DNA of 64,000 nucleotides from Thalia democratica (Eukaryota): NCBI GenBank assembly GCA_965202585.1, contig OZ241829.1, positions 68,944,001 to 69,008,000 of the forward strand, read 5' to 3'. Shown piece by piece: positions 12,739 to 24,004 of this stretch (position 1 is its first letter; each line of letters starts with the position of its first letter). The notes under the pieces were generated by a model. It saw only the letters and a program-made list of their open reading frames with translations, ran no database searches and was not told where the DNA came from. The position numbers and the translations under genes were made by a program.

Positions 12739-12800
12739 GTGACCCAAATCGCTAGCTTTCAACGCACAGACTTCAACCGCTACACTACCGTTCCAAGGTC
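12739..12800 (-). pseudogene. Very degenerate tRNA-like remnant (Gln-like)
   Basis: Minus strand GGTAGTGTAGCGGTTGAAGTCTGTGCGTTGAAAGCTAGCGATTTGGGTC loosely follows tRNA A-box and anticodon-arm pattern; no intact cloverleaf. Confidence 0.25.
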
Positions 12801-13109
12801 ACATCTACTAAATTTTAAATATAAACTCAACCTTGTATTATGTTCAAAACTTATTTGTTTTTTACTTTGCAATAATATACAAATGGACTATTGTTTGAAC
12901 TGTTTTAAAAGTGATTATTTTTTGATTAACATGTTTAAAAAGTTTCTGCTAGTTTGAAGTTTAAAACTTATACAGCTTTTATACTGCATGAAAACACATT
13001 AACTAAAGTTTTACTTTTGTAAAGTTTCAAAATAGTTTTAACTTTTTATATATTTTAGTCATTATGTTCCATAATAACTGAATTTAAGAGTGAACACAAA
13101 TTACAAAAA

Positions 13110-13180
13110 TGTGACCAATATGGGAATCGAACCTAGTACTAAAAGTTGTATGACGCAACTTCCTACCGCTGTGCTACAAA
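13110..13180 (-). pseudogene. Degenerate tRNA / tRNA-derived SINE head
   Basis: Minus strand TAGCACAGCGGTAG (A box), AGTTG-7nt-CAACT stem-loop, GGTTCGATTCC (B box), then a T-run; acceptor stem does not pair. Confidence 0.5.
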
Positions 13181-13525
13181 GACTTTTAATTTTGATGGTT
13201 AATTTAATTATATATATTATACTGTTTATCTTTTTTGCTTATTTTTATATTATATTTTTTACTTTAAATAGTAATAAAGTATCTTCCTAAAGCGGACATG
13301 CTTCGCAAAACTTCAAAGAGTTTTATTGTTAAGTACGGCAAAAGACAACGACGATGTTCAAATGTCAATCTTAGTAGGTTTGCCTCTTTAATAAAATAGT
13401 ACTTTTGTGACTAAAAATGGACAAAGATGTATGGTTAATATTATATATTACGTGATAATCATCTAATAAGTATTGTTCAACTAATCAACGTAAAAATTAA
13501 GTTTAACAAGAAGGAGAAAAAAAGA

Positions 13526-13592
13526 GGGAACCACTAAGAATCGAACCCACTACGTCTGCAGTTCCAACCTGACGCTTTACCGACAGAGCCAT
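13526..13592 (-). pseudogene. Degenerate tRNA / tRNA-derived SINE head
   Basis: Minus strand TGGCTCTGTCGGTAAAGC (A box) ... GGGTTCGATTC (B box), followed by a T-run; stems imperfect. Confidence 0.5.
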
Positions 13593-14789
13593 TTAAGTTC
13601 TTGTAAATGCTACTGATTTTGACTTTATATATACTTGATTATATCAATTTAAATGTTTGAAAAATATGTTGTAAAAATAGCAAATTTATTTCGTTAATTG
13701 ATTCTAAATAAGCACAGGCCAGTTTTAATACTTTGGATATAAAACTTTCTTTTATAAGTTAGCTTTGTATAAAACTAAATAAACTACAACTGTCTAAAAT
13801 TAATTAAGCTGTGTTTAATGTGTTGCTTTAACCTTAAATTTTTATTCTAATTATAATCAGAAAATCAACTTTTCAAAATTTCTTCTTAACTTGAAAAATA
13901 CTAATTTTCGTAGTTATTTTCTTAACTCAGCAATATACTACTGACTAGTTTACTGTTCAGCTGTTCTTAAGTAAGAAAATACTACTTATTTATAACTTCA
14001 TTAAAGCATACAAATACCACATGAAAAATATTAAATGCAAAAGGAAGGTTAATTCCTTATCTTGCTTTTGTTTAATGCGTTCGAGTCTTAAATAACTTTT
14101 AGAATGTATTTGAAAACTGCAACGAAATCTAAAATAATGTGAACTAATTGATATAATGACTTTTTAGGTTGCTAGTGTTAGTGAAACTTAGCAAAACTAC
14201 AAAAATATAAAACAGATAGCTTTTAGTAATATACAATTAATTGACAATTTTTGACCTTTTATCAAACAAGTATGTTGAACAAACGGTTTATAGGCTAAAC
14301 GTAAACCAGATGAAACTATCAGTAAGTCAATAAGTTCATCTAAATATCACACATATTCTTTTTACACGAAAAATACTACAATTGCTTTTATATTTTAGAA
14401 ATTACATGCTTTCAATGTTATTTATCAAACATCTATTTTAGTTATTAAGTAAGATAATTAAAAACTAAACTTTGCTTATACTCTACTTTCTAGTAATAAA
14501 TAGTAAAAACCATTAAATTTAAACTTAATTTAAAACAAATGTTATGAAATTCTCAGGTTTTTTAAGCTCAAACCAAACAAAAAATATGCAGAATTTATCT
14601 GCATTTTGGTTGAGTACACGTTTTATATTTATTTTATTACTTATTTTGTATTAAAACTCAAAACGAAATTTCTTGAGACTTAACTTTTATTACATGCGGT
14701 ATATCAAGTAAAATATGTTTAAAACCGTTTACCTCAAGTTAATATACGAAATGTTGAGGTTTTCAAAGCTCTATCTTGAAGAAAAAAAA

Positions 14790-15060
14790 TATCTACGTCC
14801 TGCATGATTAGGCATAAAATTAAGAATAAAAATTTTCAACCGCTAGGTGGCGCCACCGAGTCGAAGACTTCTCCAGAGATTGCACCATGGCCGTTCTAAA
14901 AATATTTAAAATTAAAAAAATTTACTTGTTTTTTCGCCACTTGGTGTCTCTGCGACCATACCATCCCTATCCTCCACCCACCGACCCCTTACATTTAGCC
15001 TTCACTCATACTGAGCGAAATTTTCTTTTTCACTAAAAATAACTATGTACGTAATATACC
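14790..15060. repeat. GC-richer non-coding element at the unit boundary, probably a transposon remnant; contains CCGCTAGGTGGCGC
   Basis: Local GC/CpG enrichment with no ORF; second copy at about 32810-33080 differs by several percent. Confidence 0.35.
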
Positions 15061-15230
15061 CTTCCAAATGCGTTTTTTACTTTCAACTAAATTTTCTAAT
15101 TTTTTGTTACTATGCAAACTATATAAGTAAAAAAACAAAATATTTTGTTATTGTACAATAGTATATGTATTATTGATTTTATCATCCAGATAAAACAACT
15201 TTGTTAAACTAAGACTTTTTTATTGTTATT

Positions 15231-15353
15231 ATGTATTGTGAATATGAAGAAGGTGATTGGGATGAGCAAGATGAAGACGCTGATGAAGATGAAAACTGTA
15301 CAAGTGATAGAGATGATGGTCAAATAAGAAATCGTCAGTTTTCTCTGTTTTAA
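15231..15353 (+). pseudogene. Tail-only fragment of the A/B/C family; reads as a 40-aa micro-ORF MYCEYEEGDW...RNRQFSLF
   Basis: Homologous to the last 39 codons plus 3' flank of the family; upstream is 3'-flank-type sequence (15140-15230 resembles 560-640), indicating a deletion. Confidence 0.75.
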
Positions 15354-15488
15354 ACAGTAACAACTTCTGATTTATTTGTGAAACTAAACGTTGTTTACTA
15401 GGTTTAAAAAATAATTTTTTGTGACATTATCAGTTTTGTTAATTAGAGTTATTTAAGAATTTTGCATGTGTGAGATTTTATTTTAGTA

Positions 15489-16238
15489 CGGTGCTTGTTT
15501 ACTTATCAGGACATGTTGGGCAATATGTTTCTGTAAATATGTGCGGATAAGTAAAATAAATCTTTCATTCTTTCAAATTATATAACTGCTGTATGCTGTG
15601 CAATCCGTATTATGTAATAAAAGTTCAGCTCCTCCTTTTGTGCATTAAACTTCTCTTCTTTTTTCAAAATGTCGTACAAAGTTGACCTGCCTATGCTAAA
15701 CAGCTCCATTATAAAAAACTTTGGCATCTTGCTTATTACCATTTTACAAGCTTCTAGTTTATTTTCAATGGTTAGTGCAACTAGTTTTCTTTTTTTGATG
15801 TCTTGTCCATTTCTAAGACCTATTATATGAAGTGTTTCAAACTTATATAAATTTAAAATTAAAAAAAAATTTGTCACTTTTCGTAAACAAAAAGGGTTTG
15901 AATTAACAGCTTTCAAAATATAGTTGGAATTAAAAACTAACAAAAAAGGTCTGTTATATATTTAATCTCTAAAAAAACTTAGAATTTAATCAACTACAAA
16001 AAAAACTTTAAAAGATTAAATTAAAAACTTTAAGTCATATTTCAAACATCATTGATTTATATAAAATTTGAATGTAAGCTTTAGAAGGATGGTTACGTCA
16101 TAATAATGAACTAAATTAAAGACTTTATAAAATCACACAAATTTTCTTACAGCATGAAAGCTTAAATGTTTGTGTTTAATTTTTTTTTTTTGAATTTTCT
16201 TATTGACTGAAACTGTCCGGATAAGTGAATAAGCACTG
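15489..16238 (-). mobile_element. Internally deleted pogo/Tigger-like DNA transposon
   Basis: Imperfect TIRs (CGGTGCTTGTTTACTTATCAGGACA / TGTCCGGATAAGTGAATAAGCACTG) flanked by TA on both sides; ORF 15578..15943 contains KKRKLVALTIENKLE...IGRSTLYDILK, a CENP-B/HTH_psq-type N-terminus. Confidence 0.8.
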
Positions 16239-17160
16239 TACTGAAATTAACGTTTTTTTAACACCTTGTTCTTATTTACCAGGGTTTAAAAACAGATCGT
16301 ATGAATTTTCAGCTTTGTTGGTACATTGATTTTTTGCTGTGTTTGTGTAACACCACAATTAAACATGTTTAATATTTTGTTAGTTGTACAGTAGTATATT
16401 TAAAATTTTCATCATCCAGGTCAAAAATTGTTTGGTAAACTCACTTTATTATTTATTTAATGTTTTGTTACAAGTTGTTAGATAAACAAAACACTAATAT
16501 TTAATTTTCTTTTCTTTGTTTTTCAAAAAAATAGTTATATGTAAATGACTTTATACTCTTTTAACAGCTATATGTTTTTTAATGTAATAATTTTTAGCTA
16601 TTTGCTATCGTATTGAATAAGTTTTATATATTATATATGTTAATCTATCAAACAACTCTCACTTATAACTTGTATTTAAAATTTTTCTATTTTAATAATT
16701 TACTCTTGCTGTTATTAGTAAACATTTCTAATAAAAATCATAAAAATAATGTTAAGTTAATAAAAACAACAGTTTTAGAACAATATTTCTGCTTCAACTA
16801 TTGTTTGAACAAGTAATGTTAACAACTAACTTTACTTCTAAACAAAATATTTTTTTTTAGTCTACCTACTTTTTTCTCATAACTTTTTCGAACTTTATTG
16901 TCTGAAACTCATGATACTTTTATGGTAAAATATTTTTACGTAGATGTTTATGTTAGTTGTAATAAGACTGCTAGTGCAAGTTATTGATATAAAAAAACAG
17001 TAGCACTCACGTTACTTTTATTTTATTCATAACATGATGTTAAACATTAAGCTTTTCAAATATTCTTTTTAACACGTAAACACCAAAATAAATCTATTAA
17101 CTTCCTTAATTGTTCATTATCTAACCAACAGATAAAAAAACAAACAAGGTAAATAAAATA

Positions 17161-18321
17161 ATGAAAAAAAGCTGCATCGCAACGCTGGGAGCTTACCTAC
17201 TCAGCAAAAAGACGAACTGCAACTTATTTCCGCAAGGTGTCCTAGCTTGCTCGGATGTAAGTGCCGTAGACGGCAACTGCGGTCCGCCCGCCAAGCTAGA
17301 ACCGACGCTTGAGAACATCAGGGACAACCCCTTGAAAGTGAGGCTCTACCGCAAGCCCGCCTTTAATATCAATCAGCTGACAATGATGCTATTGCGCGAG
17401 TGCACAGACGAGGACCGCCAGGAACCGTGGGACGTGGGTAGCTGGAACAAAGACTGGGACGGGCTGAATACCATCCAACGCCCCAGTTATATGAAAGATC
17501 AGTATAGCAGACATCTGCACCTCCTCGCAAAAGAAGAAAGCGAAAACGGCGAGAGGACTGCCAGAGGCGCGGATCAGGACGCTGCGAACCGGAAGCGGGA
17601 GCAAATACAGAAAGGGGACTTCACATACCAAATGCACAATCCAAACGCGGTTCGAGAACGACCGGACGATTTTTACAAGGATGTGACGGGATTCCCGGTG
17701 AACCGGATGGACCCGCCGCATTCTGACGTCACAGTGCCGCGCGGCCACGACGCCAGAGCGGATTTTTGGGTGATGGAGCACGCCTTCCGCAAAATTTGCT
17801 ACCGTCACATTTTCGAAAGCGAAGAGACAACCCACTCAACAAGATATGACTATTATCTTTCCGTTCCAAAGAACCTGGTCGCTTACATTGTGCAGAGGCT
17901 CATGCAGTTCCCGCCGGAAACCTTCGGCAGGTTCAGGATCAGCGACGGGTCGCACACCCACGTTAGTATCAATTACAACGGGGTGCCACATGTAGTCATC
18001 ATTGGAGAGACGAGTCACCTGCAAGATGAGTACATGGCCCGCAACCATGACTTCGACCGCGGATCGGCCGATATTGGCCTGGACGTTCCTGTAGCTACAG
18101 ACGAAGATCATGGCGGAGGAAGGCAAAACTCTCCTCAAAACGGGCATGGCCATGACGAAGGTCGCATGAATGATTTCCAAGATGATTTAGATAATGATGA
18201 TTCATATTGTGAAGAAGAAGGTTTTTGGGATGAGCAAGATGAAGACGCTGATGATGATGAAAACTGTACAAGTGATAGAGATGATGGTGAAATAAGAAAC
18301 CGTCAGTTTTCTCTGTTTTAA
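17161..18321 (+). CDS. Uncharacterised intronless family, paralog A (386 aa)
   Basis: Intact GC-rich ORF; shares N-terminus, WDGL, HLH, DPPHSDVTVPR, FPPETFGRFRISDGSHTH, GETS and tail with B/C. Confidence 0.85.
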   Translation: MKKSCIATLGAYLLSKKTNCNLFPQGVLACSDVSAVDGNCGPPAKLEPTLENIRDNPLKVRLYRKPAFNINQLTMMLLRECTDEDRQEPWDVGSWNKDWDGLNTIQRPSYMKDQYSRHLHLLAKEESENGERTARGADQDAANRKREQIQKGDFTYQMHNPNAVRERPDDFYKDVTGFPVNRMDPPHSDVTVPRGHDARADFWVMEHAFRKICYRHIFESEETTHSTRYDYYLSVPKNLVAYIVQRLMQFPPETFGRFRISDGSHTHVSINYNGVPHVVIIGETSHLQDEYMARNHDFDRGSADIGLDVPVATDEDHGGGRQNSPQNGHGHDEGRMNDFQDDLDNDDSYCEEEGFWDEQDEDADDDENCTSDRDDGEIRNRQFSLF

Positions 18322-19332
18322 ACAGCAAAAACTTCTGATGTATTGGTGAAACTGAACTTTGTTTACTAGGTTTTAAAAACAATTTTTTGTGACATTTTTA
18401 ATTTTGTTAATGAGAGTGATTTAAGGATTTAGCATATGTGAGATTTTATTGCAGTACAGTGCTTATCCACTTATTCACTAAAAAAATACTAATTTCAAGC
18501 TCTGTTGGTTTTGTATTTTTTTTTATGTAAACACCATTTTTTATGTGTTTATGTAACATCATAACTAAGCATGTTTGACATTTTGTTATTGTACAATAGT
18601 ATATGTATTATAATTTTTATTATCCAGATAAAACATACTTTGCTAACCTAAGACTTTTTTTTAAAATTAGAAGAAGTTTTTCTAAAAAATAATTAAAATA
18701 ACAAAAACGACTTTTAATATTTTACTTTTCCCTTTTAAAAAAGTATTCTTTGATATACAACTTGGACTCTTTTCACAGCGGTATGTTTTATTTTAGTGTA
18801 TTTTTTAGTTTTTTACTATCAATATTGTACAAAATCTGAGTTTTATTGATGTTAAATTTCACAACAGTCCTCATTAATAACTGTACTTAAAACTAGATAA
18901 TTAGAAAATTTTTGATTAATAAAAAACTTTACTAATAAAAATTCATAAATACAGTGAAAAGTTAAAAAAAAACAATTTAAAACAAAGTTTGTGCTACAAC
19001 TAATTGTTTTAAAAGTAAAGTCAAAAAACTAACTTTACATTTAAATAAGACCGGTTTTAATTGATTATTTTTTTTCATCAGTTTTAAAAACATTATCATC
19101 TAAAACTCATGAAATTTTTACTTCCTTGTTTATGTTAATTATAATAAGACTAGTAGACTAATTATTGATATAAACAAACATATACTAGAATATAGGTTTT
19201 ATTTTACTTATCGCATATATTTAACTTTAAACTTTTCAAACATTTTTTTGAACAAATAAAAACCAAACTAAAGCTTTTAACTTACTTATGCTCAAACCAA
19301 CAGAAAAAAAAACAAACAAACTAAATAAAATA

Positions 19333-20415
19333 ATGAAAAAGAGCTGCATTGCAACGCTGGGAGCTTACCTGCTCAGCAAAAAGACGGACTGCAACTTATT
19401 TCCGCAAGGTGTCCTCGCTCGCTCAGATGTAAGCGCCGGAGACGGCAACTACCCTCCGCCCCTGGAACCGAATGATTTGAACATTAGGAAGCGCCCCTTC
19501 AATACGCGGCTCTACGGCGCACCAACGGCGCAGGAGAACGAGCAAATAACGGCCTTGAAAAACAATCCTTTCACAGAAAACGACCGCCAGGATGAACATC
19601 TGCTCGAAAGCAACTGGGACGGGCTGGAAGGCTTCCAAGAAGAACACAACTATGCGAAGTGGATGAGACTGCATCTGCACTTTTACGCGGTGGGAGATGC
19701 CGAAAACGAAACTAGGAGATCAGATCAAACGAATGCCAGGCAGAGTTTTGTAAGGGCTCTTTCTGATGGCAGGTTGCAAAACTACCGCAACACTTTTGAG
19801 CGCAAATGGTTCCCGGTGAGCCGGTTGGACCCGCCGCATTCTGACGTCACAGTGCCGCGCAGCCACGACGCCATAGCGGACTTTTGGGAGATGGAGCACG
19901 CCTTCCGCAAAGTTTGCCATCGGTTCATTTTAAACGGAACATTTCAGTTTCGGAGCGCCCGTGAAGCAAACGGGAAGAAAGTGACAAAAGGTCCGGAGAC
20001 AGTTGAACACTGGATTCACATGCCCAAGAACCTGATCGCCTACTTCGTGCAGCGGGTGTTGCAGTTCCCCCCGGAAACCTTCGGCAGGTTCAGGATCAGC
20101 GACGGCTCCCACACGCACTTTTTCATCGACTACAACGGAACACCGAGATTTTATGTCGTTGGAGAGACGAGCTACCTGCATAAAGAGTACGAAAGAGTCC
20201 GTCGTGATTTCGATCGTGGATCGGGCGATATTGGCTTAGACGTTCCCGCCGCTAAAGAAGAAGATCTTGGCGCGGGAGACTCTCCTCAAATCGGGTCTGA
20301 CAAAAATTGTGAATATGAAGAAGGTGATTGGGAAGATGAAGACGCTGATGATGAAAGCTGTACGAATGATAGAGATGATGGTGAAACAAGAAATCGTCAG
20401 TTTTCTCTGTTTTAG
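19333..20415 (+). CDS. Paralog B, unit 2
   Basis: Identical to 1312..2394 at offset 18021. Confidence 0.85.
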   Translation: MKKSCIATLGAYLLSKKTDCNLFPQGVLARSDVSAGDGNYPPPLEPNDLNIRKRPFNTRLYGAPTAQENEQITALKNNPFTENDRQDEHLLESNWDGLEGFQEEHNYAKWMRLHLHFYAVGDAENETRRSDQTNARQSFVRALSDGRLQNYRNTFERKWFPVSRLDPPHSDVTVPRSHDAIADFWEMEHAFRKVCHRFILNGTFQFRSAREANGKKVTKGPETVEHWIHMPKNLIAYFVQRVLQFPPETFGRFRISDGSHTHFFIDYNGTPRFYVVGETSYLHKEYERVRRDFDRGSGDIGLDVPAAKEEDLGAGDSPQIGSDKNCEYEEGDWEDEDADDESCTNDRDDGETRNRQFSLF

Positions 20416-21199
20416 GAAGTCACAACTTCTGATGTATTTGTGGTACTGTGCATTTTGTTAACAAAGTTTTCAGAACTGTTGTATGACTTTATTTGTTTTG
20501 TTGATGAAAGTTGTATTTTGTTCTAATTGAGAGCTTAAAAGAACTGTTAAATTTATATGTCTAACGTTGTTTGTTTTGCAAAACATTTGTGCGTTTTCTG
20601 TCGTACCGACAACAAACATAATAAAAACTAGTAAAGTTAATGTAGCTTTAGATTTTTGCTTTAAATTTCTATGTTAATTTGTAATGAATAATTTAAATTT
20701 AAAAAGTTATGGACGTTTACAAACTGACACTAAATTTATCTATATTATATACCCAACACATATCACTTTAAATTTTGGTTTTCTAATTAGTAAGCACCAA
20801 AATATAGCTTTTAACTTACGATAGTGTTCTATACTTACCATAGTTTAACCAAGAAACAGTTAGGAAAAATAATATGTATATAAAATAAGCTGTAACATAA
20901 AGTTGTTGTTAATTTGAAAAATGTATAAGCTACATATCTGTGTTTAAGTTATTAAGCTTTACCATTAATTCAAAGCAACGCCAGTTTAAGTTAGATCACT
21001 AGTTCTCCATAACAGCTATGATATTTATTATTTTTAAAAACCGTGAGTTGCTAAAATCTTTTATTAAAAAACTCGTTTTTTCTTAATTGCAATAAACCTT
21101 TAAGTGTATATTAACTCTTTAAAGTTTAAATAACTTATAATAAATTGATAAGATGACACTATAATAATCACCGTAGAACAAACAAACAAAATAAATAAA

Positions 21200-22285
21200 A
21201 TGATGAAAAAAAGCTGCTTTGCAACGCTGGGAGCTTACCTGCTCAGCAAAAAGATGGACTGCAACTTATTTCCGCAAGGTGTCCTCGCTCGCTCAGATGT
21301 AAGCGCCGGAGACGGCAACTACCCTCCGCCCCTGGAACCGAACGATTTGAACATTAGGAAGCGCCCCTTCAATACAAGGCTCTACGGCGCGCCAACGGCG
21401 CAGGAGAACGAGCAAATAACGGCCTTGAACAACAACCCTTTCACAGAAAACGACCGCCAGGATGAACATCTGCTCGAAAGCAACTGGGACGGGCTGGAAG
21501 GCTTCCAAACCGAGCACGCCCATGGAAGGTCGATGAAACTGCACCTGCACTTTTACGCAAAGGAAGATGCCGAAAACAACACTAGGAGGTTTGATCAAAC
21601 GAATGCCAGGCAGAGAATAATAAGGGGTCCCCTTAACACGCTGAAAAACTACGGCGACATCTTTGCGCGCTACAGGTTTCCGGTGAGCCGGTTGGACCCG
21701 CCGCATTCTGACGTCACAGTGCCGCGAGGCCACGACGTCATAGCGGAATTTTGGGAGATGGAGCACGCCTTCCGCAAAGTTTGCCATAGGTTCATCTTAA
21801 ACGGACAATTTGAGTGGCGGAAAGTTCGTGAAGAAAATGGGAAGAAAAAAACAAAAGGTCCGGAGACAGTTGAACATTGGCATAACATGCCCAAGAACCT
21901 GATCGCCTATTTCGTGCAGCGGGTGTTGCAGTTCCCGCCGGAAACATTCGGCAGGTTCAGGATCAGCGACGGCTCCCACACGCACTTTTACATCGACTAC
22001 AACGGAAGACCGAATTTTTCGGTCATTGGAGAGACGAGCCATCTGCATAAAGAGTACGAAAGAGGCCGTCGTGATTTCGATCGTGGATCGGGCGATATTG
22101 GTTTGGACGTTCCCGCCGCTAAAGAAGAAGATCTTTATGCAGGAGACTCTCCTCAAATCGGGTCTGAAAAAAATTGTGAATATGAAGAAGGTGATTGGGA
22201 AGATGAAGACGCTGATGATGATGAAAACTGTACGAATGATAGAGACGTTGGTGAAACAAGAAATCGTCAGTTTTCTCTGTTTTAA
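21200..22285 (+). CDS. Paralog C, unit 2
   Basis: Identical to 3179..4264 at offset 18021. Confidence 0.85.
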   Translation: MMKKSCFATLGAYLLSKKMDCNLFPQGVLARSDVSAGDGNYPPPLEPNDLNIRKRPFNTRLYGAPTAQENEQITALNNNPFTENDRQDEHLLESNWDGLEGFQTEHAHGRSMKLHLHFYAKEDAENNTRRFDQTNARQRIIRGPLNTLKNYGDIFARYRFPVSRLDPPHSDVTVPRGHDVIAEFWEMEHAFRKVCHRFILNGQFEWRKVREENGKKKTKGPETVEHWHNMPKNLIAYFVQRVLQFPPETFGRFRISDGSHTHFYIDYNGRPNFSVIGETSHLHKEYERGRRDFDRGSGDIGLDVPAAKEEDLYAGDSPQIGSEKNCEYEEGDWEDEDADDDENCTNDRDVGETRNRQFSLF

Positions 22286-23573
22286 GAAGTAACAACTTCT
22301 GATGTATTCATGTAACTGAACTTTTTGTTTACAAAGTTTTCAGAACTGTTTGTATGACTTTATTTGTTTTTTTGATAAGAGTGCTATTTTGTTTTGCTTA
22401 AGTGAAATGTTAGATTAATATGTCTAACATTGTTGGTTTTACAAAACGTTTGTGTTTATTGTTTTCTGTTACACAGACAACAAAACATGTTTAATGTAGC
22501 TTTAGATTTTTGCTTTAAATTTAAGTATAATTGTAATAAAAAATTTAAATTTTAAAAGTTAAGGACATTTACGAACTTTAGCACTATATTTCTTTTATAT
22601 ACTAAACATATACCGTTTCAAATCTTGGTTTTCTAATTAGTAAGCATTAAAATAAACCTTGTAACTTACGATATATTTTAATACTTTTTAGAATTTAACC
22701 AAAAAACTGCTTTGAAAAATAAATTGTATATAAAACAAGCTCTAACATAAAATTGTTGTTATTTAAAAAAAGTTTTGTGCTACCGATCGGTGTTTAAGTT
22801 ATTAAGCTTACAATTAACTTACAACAAAGCCAGTTTAAGTTAGAATATCAATTCATGATAACAAATATTAAAATAATGATTTTCAAAACTGTTTGTACTT
22901 TGCTAAAACATTTAATTAAAAAAAGGTTTTTTCTTAATTTAAACAAACCTTTAAATCTATAATAACTCTGTTAAGTTTAGATAAATTATAAAAAAAAAAT
23001 GTTATGATTACACTATAACAATGACCACAAAAACTTTCGTTTGTTTCCAAAGTTAAAACTTTCAACAACTTATATTTGTTCTGATCTAAAAAGCTTTTAC
23101 TTTGATAAGTTTTTTTCGTTTGAACAAATAATTCCTCTTTGATTACTTATTGTTATTTAAACATACAACCTTAAGTTTAAAACAAAAAAGGAAAAATTTA
23201 CAACAAAAGTACAAACACAGTTTTATTGAACGCTTGTCAGAAAACATTAAAGAGTAAAAATATAAAATTAAAGCAACAACTCAATCATACTTCTAAATAA
23301 GTAATCGTAATTTAATTAAAAATAGCATTGTCGTGCACCATAGCTTAGTTTGAATTCATAAAAAAATATGAATTAAATATCAAAAGGTAGAGTTTGTATA
23401 AAATCTCTAAATCAACAACTAGAAAGGTTGTTTTTTTTATTTTTTGTTTCTTAGCTAAAACCTTAGCTTAAAGGATAGTTTGAATTAAATTTGTAATCAT
23501 AAGACTATTCTCAGAAGGTAAAGTTTGGATATAAGTTTTTTAACTAATTAGATATATAACTTTTTCCTTCTTC

Positions 23574-24004
23574 TTAGCTACAACAGGGTTTTCCGGCCAT
23601 CATATTTTCAGCAAAATACACCGGGAGCTTTATTACTGCAAAAAAAAAGTATATATATACTTTATAAGCGTATAAGAAAATTACGCTAAGTTAACAAAAC
23701 ATTTAATTAAACATTATAAGTAATTACAATTATTAAAATAAGAAATCATAGATGCTCAGTAAGTCATGTTTAAATAAGTCAGTATATATTGAGTCAATTT
23801 TATATTAACAAAACAAACGGCATATAAATTTAATTCAACAACAAAACCTCTCTCTTGCATCTGGGACCACTTGGCGCAGCACTCAATGAACACGGTGAAC
23901 GGCAGGACTATTATGTAGACCGTGGACACGAACGCCGCCAGTGGCCAGCCAATTACCAGAAGGCCCAACAACCACAACACTGACCACCCGTTCAAGTTTT
24001 CCAT
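23574..24004 (-). CDS. Small 72-aa membrane protein, unit 2 (exons 24004-23848, 23635-23574)
   Basis: Identical to the unit 1 copy. Confidence 0.85.

Noticed and set aside
11849-16816. Short AT-rich ORFs (11849, 12739, 13090, 16613 and their copies; also 47997, 57977)
   Set aside because: Low-complexity F/I/L/K/N composition typical of random AT-rich DNA; some overlap tRNA-like remnants
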